This document shows positions 48,477 to 61,340 of a stretch of DNA of 64,000 bases, one piece after another. Source of the DNA: the human T2T-CHM13v2.0 reference genome, Homo sapiens; NCBI RefSeq assembly GCF_009914755.1, contig NC_060931.1; one strand, 5' to 3'. The notes under the pieces are model-generated. The model worked only from the letters and a program-made list of their open reading frames with translations. It did not search any database and was not told the origin of the DNA. A program made the position numbers and the translations under genes. The stretch's first letter is position 1; each line of letters starts with the position of its first letter.

Positions 48477-51400
48477 ATAAGGACTCTTGTACCTGGAGCC
48501 AGGACTTGTGCAGGATGGTGACTCTCATCCCTGAACATTTCCACAGGTGTTATTGTGACATATACCTGTGCCCACCTCCTGAGTGATTTAATAATCCTGC
48601 CTGTTATAGCCCACAGATGACATATTGACGTATACCTGGGCCAAGAACCTTGGTGATTTGACTCTCATATCTTAACAGTGTCCTCAGAAGGGACCGTCAC
48701 ATATCTCTGGACCCATCATCTAGGTTATGTGACTCTCCTCTCCTACCTGAACCCTGCTTCCAGTGAAGAGTGTAGCATTTCTAAGCACTGCATCCAAATG
48801 ACATGACTCTCTTGCCTGGGCCCTTTTAACAGGAGTTATTGTGACATATCTCTAGGCCCATCACTTAGGTGATGCGACTCTCCTTTCCTGCCTGGATGTT
48901 CTCCACAAGAGGCATTATGCCATAGAGCTGAGCCTAGCACCCAAGTTTTGTGACTTTTCTGTTAGGGCCCTGCCTACAAAGAGAATATTGGAATATTTCT
49001 GGCTTAGGATTTAGGTGATGTGGTTGTCCTGCCTGTTTAATAACTACAGAGGGGATGGTGACACATACCTAGGCACAGCTAACGGGCATGATAATGACTC
49101 ATATGTGGACCCAGCCAATAGGAGAAATTTTGACTCATAACTAGGTTTAGGGACATGAGTGATGTAAAGGGTCTCCTTCTGGTAAAAAGGTCACAGAAGA
49201 TTATAACACACACATATTTTATAACACCCTTGGGTTGTATAGAGAGTGTCAGAACAGGGCCTAGCACATGGAGAAAATTGTGAGTCTCATATGCACACCC
49301 ACCTGACAGTAAGGACTTTCACCATCACAGATGGATGAAGGCAACTGTCCTACATGAAAACAGAACATGTGTGGTATTGTAAATCTAATCCCTAAAATTT
49401 TATTTCATCGTGATAGTCATGTGATATAAATTTCATGTGATATAAATCTTTGCCAAGCACCTGTGAGATTTCACTCTTCAGACTGGTTCCAGCCTACATA
49501 TGGGATTTTGATATCTACCTGGGCCAACCTTGAAGTGTTAAAGAACTCTTCTGCCTGGGCCCTACTCTCAGTAAGAATTGTGACATCACTGGATCCAGCA
49601 CGCAGCTGCACCATGCCCACAGACATCATCGTGACATATCTCTGTGTCCATCACTTAGAAGATGTAACTCTCCTCTCTGGAAAAGACCCTACACACAGGG
49701 CAGAATAGTGACATATTCCTAGGCCAGGCACACAGGTGATGATACTTTTTTGCCAGGGCCATGTCCAAAAGAGAACATTTTGACATATCAGAGGGCCTAT
49801 CATGTAGGTGATATGGCTCTTCTTGGGACCTACCACTTGAATAGTGACATATTGCTAGGCTATGCAAAAAGGTGATGGTACTCTTTTGCCAGGGCCAATG
49901 CTTTAAGGAAGGCTTTGTGACATATCTCTGGGCCTATCACCTAGGTGATGTGACTTCCTGCTTGGCCCTGCCCACATCGAGCATTGTGACATAAGGGTGG
50001 AACCTGCACCTAGGTGATGGAACTCTCTTGCTTGGATCCTTTTCTAAGGGGGACTGGTGAATATCTCTGGACCCAGGACCAGGTGATGTGGCTCTGCAGC
50101 CTGGGTTCTGCCCACATATTAAATTGTGACATATACTTAAAGAAGCACCTATATGATATGACTGTCTTCTTCTGCCTGAGCCCTGCCTACTGGTGACATT
50201 GGACCATATCTCTGAGCCCCTGACCTAAGTGATGGGACTCTCTTCTGTCTGGGCCTTTACAATGGGAAGATTGTGACATGTTGATGAGCCCAGCACTTCG
50301 GTATTGTGACTCTCGTCTTGTTGCTGAACAATGCCCGTGAACAGGACTTTTGCCGTATTTCAGAGCCCAGCACCCAGTTGATGTTACTCTTCTGCATAAA
50401 CAGGTCATGCATAAAGAGGGAATTATGGCATATTGCTTGGCCCAGCCCCCTAATGATGTGACTCTCCTGCCTGTGCCAGAGCCACAGAAGGTATTTTGGC
50501 ATATCTTTGGCCCATTTTGTAGGTGTTTTGGCTCTCATCAGTTTGCTGGGTTTCTTCCACGTGTGGTTGTATCATATTGCTGGCTCAAGCCATCAGTTAA
50601 TGTGAGCCTCTTTCCTAGGCCCTGCCTAGAGAGAGCATTGTGACATATTCCTTGGCAAAGCACCTAAGTGATGTTAACATTCTGCCTAGATTTTTTGCCC
50701 ACAGATGGGATTATGACATATACCTTGCTTGAGTTCAAAAGCATGATTATCAAGCTTATATTGGGATTCAGCCAATAGGAGATACTTTGCCCCCCACCAC
50801 TAGGTTTATGTCAATAGGTAAGGTCCTTCATTGCATATTTGTACAAAGCTCACAGAAATTTACAACATTAACTCATATCATAAAAACTTTTTGGGTGGTA
50901 CAGAGAGTTTCATAACAGGGCCCAGCAAAAAGTTAAGATTGTGACTCTCAACTACACACTCAGGTGAAAGTAAAAGTTGTTACCATCCTACATTTACAAA
51001 GCCCATTGTTGAGGTCCTGAATCTAACAAGTGAAGACAGCACAAAGTTGGAATTGTGACTTTCTTAAGTGATTCTGGTCACAGTTGGGATGGTGACTCAT
51101 TTCTGGACCCAGCTCATAGGCATAATAATGTTCTCATCCCTGAAGCCAACCCAAAGGAGAGATGTTGACTGTCATACCTGGGTTTAGGGTATGTGTCCAC
51201 CTCATAGGTTATGTAACTCTCCTCTCTGGAATGGGCCCTGCACAAAGGAAGGATAGTGACATATTGCAAGGCCAGGCACAGAGGTGAGAGTACTCTTTTG
51301 CCAGAGCCATGCCCAAAGCAGGGCATTGTGACATATTTCTGGGCATATCACCTAGGTTATACGACTCTCCTGCTTGGGCCCTGCCAATCTGGAGAGTGAC

Positions 51401-54000
51401 ATATTTCTAGGCCAGGCACACAGGTGATGGTACTCTTTTACCAGGGCTATGCTTCATGGAGGACACTGTGACATATCTCTGGGCCTATCACCTAGGTGAA
51501 GTGATTCCCTCCTTGGACCCTACCCACATGGAGCATTGTAGCATGAGCAGAGAACCTGTACCCAGGTGATGTAACTCTCTTGGCTGGGTGCTGTCCTAAG
51601 AGAGCCTTGTGACCTGTCTCAGGACCCAGCACCCAAATGATGTGGCTCTTCTGCCTGGTCTCTGCCCACATGTTACATTGTGACATATTCCTAGGGAAGC
51701 ACCTATGTGATATAACTCTCCTTGTCTGCCTGAGTCCTGCCTGCTGGGGACATTGGGACATACCTCTGACCCCATGACCTAGATGATGTGACCCTCTTTT
51801 TCTGCCTCAGCCTTCACAATAGGAGGATTTTGACACAATGCTGAGCCCAGCACTCAGAATATGTTACTCTCCTCTTTTTGCTGAACCATGCCCACAAAAA
51901 AGGAATTTGGACCTATTGCAGGGCCCAGCATCGAGATGATGTTACTCTTCTGCCTGGGTTCTGCAAAAGAGGAAATTGTGGCATATTGCATATTTCTTGG
52001 CCCAGCATTCTTATGATGTGACTCTCCTGCCTGTGCTGGAGCCACCGAATGTATTTTGACATATCTTGGACCCATTATGTAGGTGTTTTGGCTCTTATAA
52101 CTTGGCTGGGTTTTTCCACGTGAGATGGTGTCATATTGCTGGGTCCAGCACCCAGTTATTGTGGCCCAATTTCCTATACCCTGCCTAGAGAAAGCATTGT
52201 GTCATGTTGCTTGGCCCAGCACCTAAGTGATGTTACCCTCCTGCCTAGTTTTTGCCCACAAATGGGATTATGGCATATACCTTACTTCAGTTCACAGGCA
52301 TGATGATTAAACTTATATTGGGATTCAGCAAATGGGAGATATTTTGCCTCTCATCATTACGCTTAGGGCAATAGGTAAGGTCCTGAGTTGCATATTTGTA
52401 CCAAGGTCACAGAAGCTTACAATACTAACTTATATTGTATAAAGTCTTTGGTGGTAGAGAGTTTCTTAACAGGGTCCAGCAAAAAGTTCAGATTGGGACT
52501 GTCAATTACACACCCAGTTGAAATTAAAAGTTGTCACCATCCCACGTTTACAGTGCCCACTCTTGAGGTCCTGAGTCTAACAAGGGAATACAGCACAAAG
52601 TTGGAATTGTGACTCTTATACGTGGATCTGGCCACAGGTGGGATGGTGACGCATTTCTGGACCCGGCCCACAGGCATAATAATAGGTCTTCTCCCTTAAC
52701 CCTGCCTAAAGGAGAGATGTTGACTATCAAACCTGGGTTTAGGGCAATATGTAAGATTGTGAGTCCATACGAGCATGTGGGCCTCAGAGAGGTCTGCAAC
52801 TCTCATGCAGGTTTTATAAAGCCCTCAGATGTCATAGAGAGGGTTATACGTTGGCCCAGCACACATGTGAGATTGTGACTCTAATATACACACTCAGCTA
52901 AAAGTTAAAGGTGTCACCCTCAAAGATGATGAGATTGTGTCATATCACTGGGCCTAGTACCCAGGTGTTGAGACTTTATTCCTTAAATTCCTTTCCATGG
53001 GTGCATTGTTACATATCACTGCGTCAGAATCATATGAATGTGACTCTTCTGCCTGGGCCCTGTCAACAGGGGATATTATCACATATCTCTGGGCCTATGA
53101 GCTAGATGATGTGTCTCTCCAGCTTGTGCCCTGGGTTGTATGTATCTCCTTTCTATTCTGGACTCTGCCAAGAGAGGGGATTATTACATATTTATGAGCC
53201 CAGCAACTAGGTAGTGTGACTCTTCTCTTTTTCTTAAACCCTTTCTATAATAGGATTGGTGACATACTACTTGAGACTTTACCCAGGTGATGTGACTCTT
53301 CTGCCTTGTCCCTGCCCACAGGAGAAATTGTGCCATATACCTGGGTTCAGCTCACATGCACAATAATAACTCTTATACCTGGACCCAGCCAGTAGAGATA
53401 TTTTGACTCTCATAGCCAATCTTACAGCCAAGGGTAAAATCCTGGTTCTTCCACTTGTATAAAGTTCACAGAGGATTATGACACAGGCATATTATATAAA
53501 GCCTGAGTGGTACAAAGAGTGTCATAACAGGGACCAGCAACCAGGTGAGATTGTGACTCTCGGATGCACATCCAGCTGACACGGTTGTCATTCTCACACA
53601 TAAACAGAGCCTATGTGTGAGGTACTAAATCTCACACACCAAAAGCAGTTGAAGGTTGAAATTGTTACTCTCATACATGGATCTGATCCACAGTAGGTTT
53701 CGTGACGTTTGAACTATGATTCAGCACACCTGTGAGGCTGTGACTCTTCTACTGGAACACAATCTTCAACTAGGATTGAGGCTCTTACACATGGATCTTT
53801 CCCATTGTTGAAACTGTGACTCCTGTACTTCTACCAAACTCACAGGAGGTGTTGACTCTCATACCCGAAGCCAAGACCTGTGTGGGAGTGTGAAACTTAT
53901 TTCTTAACCTTTCCAAGTGTGTGACTGGGACATATAACCTTGCCCAGCACCTGAGTGATTTGACTCTCCTTCCTAAACCCAGACCACAGGTGAAATTGTG
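48477..54000 (+). other. Disabled BPY2/VCY2-homologous proto-exon set, HOR copy B (segments 48477, 50619, 53251, ~53977)
   Basis: 48477: IRTLVPGARTCAG..SHP*TFPQ|gt. 50619: ag|ALPRESIVTYSLAKHLSDVNILPRFF. 53253: GLVTYYLRLYPGDVTLL. Compared with the recalled BPY2 sequence. Confidence 0.7.
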
Positions 54001-54727
54001 TGATACGTGGAACAAGCACCTAAGCAATATAAAACTCCTTCTTAGGTTCTACCTACAAAGAGAAATTTTACAAATCACTGGGACCAGCACCCAGGTGATG
54101 TGAATTTTGTGCCTGAACCCTGCCTTCAAAGAGCATTGTGGCTTATATATAGATCCATCACGTAAGTGATGTGACTCCCTTCTACTGCCTTGTCCCTGCA
54201 CTTGTGGTGCATTATGACACATAACTGGGTACTGCACCCAGGTGACATGACTCTCCTTTTTGAGCTCTGCCAACAGGAAGCTTTGTAGCATATCACTTGG
54301 CTCAGCACCTAGGTGATGTTTCTCCTCTCTTGCCTGGGCCTTGACCACAGGGGAGATTTTGACATATTGCTCAGCCCAGCACCAATGAGAGGGCACTCTT
54401 CTGCCTTGGTACTGCACATAAGAGCCATTGTGTCATATATCTAGGCCAATTGCCTAGGTGAAGTGAGTCCCCCTTCTTGCCTAAGCCCTGTGCAAAGGGG
54501 GGACTTAGATATATCACTGAAACCAGCATCCAGGTGATGTGACTCTTCATGGGCAGGAACTTACTTCTTAACCTTTCCAAGTGTGTGACTGGGACATATA
54601 ACTTTGCCCAGCCCCTGAGTGATTTGACTCTCCTTCCTAAACCCAGACCACAGATGAAATTGTGTGATACGTGGAACAAGCATCTAAGCAATTTAAAACT
54701 ATGGGCAGGTTCCTGCCCATAAAGAGG

Positions 54728-55792
54728 TGTTGAGGGAAGTCAGGGACCCCAAACAGAGGGACCGGCTGAAGCCATGGCAGAAGAACATGGATTGTGAAGA
54801 TTTCATGGACATTTATTAGTTCCCCAAATTAATACTTTTATAATTTCTTATGCCTGTCTTTACTGCAATCTCTAAATTGTAAAGATTTCATGGACACTTA
54901 TCACTTCCCAATCAATACCCTTGTGATTTCCTATGCCTGTCTTTACTTTAATCTCTTAATCCTGTCAGCTGAGGAGGATATATGTTGCCTCAGGACCCTG
55001 TGATAATTGCATTAACTGCACAAATTATAGAGCATGTGTGTTTGAACAATATGAAATCTGGGCACCTTGAAAAAAGGACAGGATAACAAGCAATTGTTCA
55101 GGGAATAAGAGAGACAACCTTAAACTCTGACCACCGGTGAGCTGGGTGGAACAGAGCCATATTTCTCTTCTTTCAAAAGCTAATGGGAGAAATATCGCTG
55201 AATTCTTTTTCTCAGCAAGGAATATCCCTGGGAAAGAGAATACACGCCTGGGGGTAGGTCTATAGATGGCCCCCAGGGCGTGGCCGTCTTTTATGGTCTG
55301 TAGACTGTAGGGGTGAAATAGACCCCAGTCTCCCATAGTGCTCCCAGGCTTACTAGGAATAGGAAATTCCTGCCTAATAAATTTTGGTCAGACCAGTTGC
55401 TCTTAAAACCCTGTCTCCTGATAAGATGTTATCAATGACAATGGTACCCAAAACTTAATTAGCAATTTTAATTTTGCCCCAGGTCCTGTGGTCCAGTGAT
55501 CTCGCCCTGCCTCCATTTGCCTTGTGATATTCTATTACCTTGTGAAGTACTTGATGTCTGTGACCCACACCCTATTCGTATACTCCCTCCCCTTTTGAAA
55601 GTCCCTAATAAAAACTTGCTGGTTTTGCGGCTTGTGGGGCATCATGGAACCTACCGACATGTGATGTCTCCCCCGGATGCCCAGCTTTAAAATTTCTCTC
55701 TTTCGTACGCTGTCCCTTTATTTCTCAAACTGGCCGACACGTAGGGAAAATAGAAAAGAACCTATGTGACTATCGGGACAGGTTCCCCGATA
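54728..55792 (+). mobile_element. MER11 (HERV-K/HML-8) solo LTR inserted in satellite
   Basis: Starts TGTTGAGGGAAGTCAGGGACCCC, has AATAAA near 55607 and ends CCCCGATA. Perfect 6-bp TSD AAGAGG at 54722-54727 and 55793-55798. The internal aagatttcatggaca duplication suggests MER11B/C. Confidence 0.95.
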
Positions 55793-58700
55793 AAGAGGAT
55801 TGTGACATCTCACTGGACCCACACCCACCCAGGCAATGTGGTTTTTCTACCTTCTCCCTGCCCACAGGTGATATTGTGCCATATACCTGAGACCAGTCCT
55901 CTTATACCTGAAGCCAGGACATGTGCAGAATGGTGACTCTCATCTCTGGACCTTTCCACAGGTGTTTTTGTGACATATACCTTTGCCCAGCTCCTGAGTG
56001 ATTTAATAACCCTTCCTAGGTCTAGCTCACACATGAGATTTTGATATATACCAGGGCCACACTCCGTAATGATTTGACTCTCCTGTCTTAACAGTGTCCT
56101 CAGGGGGGGGATTATAGCATACCTTTATACCCAGCATCTAGGTTACATGATTCTCCTCTCCTGCCTGAACCCTGCTTCCTGTGGAGATTGTAGCATTTTC
56201 AAGCACTGCTTTCAAATGATATGACTCTTGCCTGAACCCTGTCCACACAAAGCATTGTGACATACCTCTGGGCCCATCATTTAGGTGATATGAATCCCCT
56301 CCCTTGCCTAGACACTGCCCACAAGAGGCATTGTGCCACAGAGCTGGGCCTAGCACTCAAGTTATGTGAATTTTCTGCCAGGGCCTTGCCTACAAGGGTA
56401 ATAGTGGAATTTTTCTGGCCCAGCATTTAGGTGATGTGGCTGTTCTGTCTGTCTCAAAACCACAGAGGGGATTGTGACATGTACCTAGGCACAGCTCACA
56501 GGCATGATAACGACTCTCATATGTGAACCCAGCCAAGTAGGGAAATTTTGACGCTTGTAACTAGGTTTAGGGACAGGAGTGATGTCCTGGATCTTTTTCT
56601 GCTAAAAAGTTCACAGAAGCCTACAACACCCACACATATTTTACAAACCTTTTGGATTATACAGACAGTGTCATAACAAAGCCCAACACACAGGTGAAAT
56701 TTTGAGTCTCATATGCACACCCAGCTGACAGTAAAGACTGTCACTGTCTCACATGAATGAAGCCAACTGTCATACATAAAAACAGGACATGTATGGTATA
56801 GTAAATCTCATTCCTGAAATTTTCTGCCAGTGTGATTGTCATATAAGTTTTTGCCAAGTGCTTGTGTAATTTGACTCTCCAGACTAGTTCCAGCCCACAT
56901 ATGGGATTGTGATATTATTTACCTGGGCCAACCTCTACGTGATGTAACTTTTTTTGCTGGCCCCTTCTCTCAGTAAAGATTGTGACATATCACTGCATCT
57001 AGCACCCAGGTGATGTTACATTTTTGCCTGCACCATCGTGACAGAAATCATTGTGACATATCACTGTGTCCACCACTTAGGTGATGTAACTCTCCTCTCT
57101 TGAATAAGCCCTGCACACAGGGAGAATAATGACATATGTGTAGTCCAGGCAGAGAGATGATGGTACTCTTTTGCCTGGGCCATTCCCCAAGGAGGGTATT
57201 GTGACATATCTCTGAGCATATTACCTAGGTGATGTGACACCCTGCTTGGGCCCTGTCCACATGGAGCATTGTGACATAAGGGTGGAACCTGCACTTAGGT
57301 GATGTAACTCTCTTGCCTGGGTCTTGTCCTAAGGTAGCTTGTGACATATCGAAGACCCAGCACCCAGGTGATGTGGCTCTTCTGCCTGGTTTCTGCCCAC
57401 ATGTTACATTGTGATATACACCTCGAGAAGCACCTAGGTGATATGATTTTCCTTTTCTGCCTGAGCCCTGCCTATTGGGGACATTGGGACATGTCTCTGA
57501 GCCCATGACCTAAGTGATGTGACTTTCTTCTTCTGCCTGGGCCTTTACAATGGGGGAATTGTGACATATTGCTGAGTCCAGCACTTAGGTAATGTGACTC
57601 TCCTCTTTTCTGAACCATGCCCACAAAAAGGGAATTTTAACATATTGCTGGGCCCAGCACCCAGATGATGTCACTCTTCTGCCTGGGTCCTGCATAAAGA
57701 GGGAATTATGACACACTGCTGGCCCCAGCACCCTGATGATGTGACTCTCCTGCATGTGCTGGAGCCACAGAAGGTATTTTGACATATCTTGGGCCCGTTC
57801 TGTAGGTGTTTTGTCTTTTATCTCTTGGCTGGGTTTTTTCCACATGTGGAATTGTGTCCTATTGCTAGGTCCAGCACGAAATTAATGTTACCCTCCTTCC
57901 TAGGGCCTGCCTAGAGAGGGCATTGTAACATGTTGCTTGGCACAGCACCTAAAGGATATTACCCCCCTGCCTAGTTTTTTGCCCACAAATGGGATTATGA
58001 CATATACCGCGCTTCCATTCTCAGACTTGACAATTAAGCTTATACTGAGATTCAAACAATAAGAGATATTTGCCTCTCATAGCTAGGCTTAGGGCAATAG
58101 GTAAGGTTCTGAGTTGCATATTTGTACAAAGCTCACATAGTTTAAAACATGAATGTGTATTGTATGAACTTTTGGGGTGGTACAGAGAGTTTCATAACAG
58201 GGCCCAGCTAAACGTTAAGATTGTGACTTTCACCACCTCTTATGATGGCGCTTGTCTTTCATGTGCATCTGATTCACATCTTTAACAATTGTGTTCAGAG
58301 CCCCTGCTTCCTTTCAGACAGAGGGTACAGAAAGTGCATTTCTCCCAGGAGCCCAGGCTTTACTCACCTCCTCTGTGAAGCTAAAGACAAAAGTGCTACA
58401 GAGCTCAGAGGCTGCTTTATACAGAGGTTTTATATGCACAAAACTGAGTCTTGGTGTGTGGATTGGTCTAAATTACATTTTGAATTTATTTTCTCTCCCA
58501 ATACTTGTAAATCTGGTGTTTGTAAAATAATATCTGTGCCTTTTTTGGTGCTGGCCATTCATTCCAGAAAGTTTGTATTGCTTTCCATATGGATTTTCAA
58601 GTTGCTACTGATTGCTTTGGGTGCAATGCTCTAACATATGAAGGTGAACTTTTGTGATTGGTGACCTGGTATTGTGTTTTTAACTAACTTCAATTCTCAC

Positions 58701-60789
58701 AGTATTAATCATAATTCCAAGAAGACTATTTTATGATAATATTTATGGACTTTGAAAATCTGACATAAAGTCCCCTGTTTCAGCAGCAAGTAAACATTAA
58801 TTTTTAAAGGTTAGTGTTTTTAGAAACTTCTGCTAAACAACAATCTGATTATTGTTGTTGGAATATAACCCAGGTATTATTACAGCAGCTGCCCACTGTC
58901 AGTTTTGTGATATATAAACATATCTTTATGTAATAATTTTATCTATAACTTTAAGATTTTTTTCTTATATTTTTCTTATTTTTCCAAACAGTGCTGGCAT
59001 ATTTTTGGATATATTACACAAAATGTATGACAAAATTCTAAATATTTAAAAGACCTTGGCTTCCTGACCAGTGTAAATTTGTATTTTTTATCTCCATTTT
59101 AAACTGAATTATAAATTTCTGTGTAAAGTTCTGTAATTATTTTTTCAAAAATATTTGCAATGTTTTTGTCAGATAAATAAAAACTAATAGTTTGGGTATC
59201 AGATTTCCTTCCTACAGTTTAAGTTTTGTAATGTCCTGTGTAGTAAATAGCATCTTTCTAAAGAATACAATTTGCTGACTTTTACACAAGGATACAGCAA
59301 TGAAAGCATCACCACATTCCAGATTCAAGATAATAAACACATTCCTCCCTCTCCAAAGTTTTCTCCTCCCTCTTTCTAATTCAGCTGTCCTTCTCCCTCC
59401 ATTCTATTATTCTTCCCCTGAGCTGCCACTTCATGTAATGGAATCGTACAGGACAGGTATTTTTGTTGTTCTGGATTCTGTAAAGTCAGAAGAATCATTT
59501 TCACATTGATCCATATCATTTTAAATGTTAATGGTTTGTTCTTTTTCGTTACTAAGTAAAATTCCTTTGTATAGTCACGTGACAGTGTGTCTATCCTCTA
59601 CCTTAGAAAGAGACATGAGGCTTAATTTTTCCATTTGGTCTTTGTCCTGAAAACCAAAACCCAGAAAGCAGCCCCTTTGCAAGATTTCTCTGTGTATCCT
59701 TGCATTTTGCAATTCCATGATCAATTGACAGGGAAAACGTCCAATTGATATTGTGTTTAAAATTGTTCAAACATATAGAACATAAATAATAATTATTTTG
59801 GAACTCTTCTTGAAAGGAAAAATCACTGACATGAGACAAGTGATTTTTGCAATTACCATCAACATTTTATTATAAAAATGTTCATACATAGAGCATTGAT
59901 TTGTTAACATTTTAATGAACATGACTTAATGCATATCTACCCATCTTTCCATTCCTCCATCCACTCATCACCTCATCTTGTTTTAGATGTATTTCCAACT
60001 AAATTGGAGATATCAACATACTTCACACTGAATGGTTTAGCAAGACTAACGTTAACTGAAATTCAGTATTTTTTAATAAAATTTTCTTCTAAGGAACAGT
60101 GATATAGAAGAAAATATACAAATCCTAAGTGTGAGTTTACTAACTTTGAAACCAGCACACTCCCACCCCCTTTCAAGATCTACAATATTATGTCACCCCA
60201 GAAAGGAAACTGTCTCTCTTCCCAGCCAATCCCTTTCTCATCATAGGTTAATTTTGCTTAATCTAGAATTTCATGTATATAGATGCAGGCCATGCCATAG
60301 GTACTCTTTTGTGTCTGCCTTATTCTGCTCAACACAATGTTTCTGAAATTATTCCCATTGTTGCATGGATTTCTAATTCAATTCTTTCCATTTAGGACTC
60401 AGCATATGTGTAGTCCTACCTGTTGAATGCCTGTCTCTGTTTAATTCACCATCTTGAAAGAAATATTTAAAATTAAGATGTTTTCAAGAACATACAGCTA
60501 AATCCTGAACAATCTGTGTAAGAATCTTATCAGAAGCCATTATCATTGTGGATATTGTGTTTTACAAAAAAAATTCAGGGAAAAGATTTATTAGCATAAT
60601 AATTATAAAAAATCTGCCATTAACATTATGAAAATTAAATAGTTTGATGTTCATTTAATAGAATGTCAACAGAGCTTTCAGTCAAAAATAAGTTTTTTTT
60701 TACCATTGTGTTCTTTATCAGAAATAAAGTATGAAGTTTCACCACTTAAATAGAAAATTATTTCTACACTTTTCTGCCTTATAGTTCTA

Positions 60790-61340
60790 TGGTATGGGTG
60801 GAAGGAAAGCTTCTACTTTCCTCTCTAAATGTTCACTGCAGAAATAATCTGACAACAGACAGCTTAACAGAAGAAGAAAAACATACAACCTTATTAACAG
60901 ACATAAACATGGGAGCCAGCCAAAAAATGAGACTACAAGAAGAGCCAGATTCTTGATGATTAAAGAGCACCCTCTTCCCAGGGGAGAGGGAGATGGAGAT
61001 GTAGGTAATTTAGAGGGGCACCACATGATTTTTAGGGGAAATGAAAGAGCTCAAGGAACAAACAATTGTCCTGACACAAAATTCCTCTGAGATTGTAGGG
61101 AAGAGGCGACAAACTGCAGGAAGGTGAAAAAAAGAACAGCACTGCATCTCATGAGGAAGAGAAAACCCTCCAAATAACAAATAAGAAGTGTGTCTGGATA
61201 GGGTAATAAGTTGTCATTTCAAATGACATCATTCAAAGTGCATGTTCCTGGTTGCAACTGGAGAGAGATCAGTATGTCAAAAGTCTGTACTTGATAAGAA
61301 TTTGGCAGCTAAGTTGTGCCGTAATTTAGCTTTTAAGCCT
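60790..61340 (-). mobile_element. Old ERV1 LTR remnant (MER31/65/67-like)
   Basis: ctgacaacagacagcttaacagaagaagaaaaacatacaaccttattaa resembles the antisense 3' end of MER4-group LTRs. Family and ends are uncertain. Confidence 0.45.
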
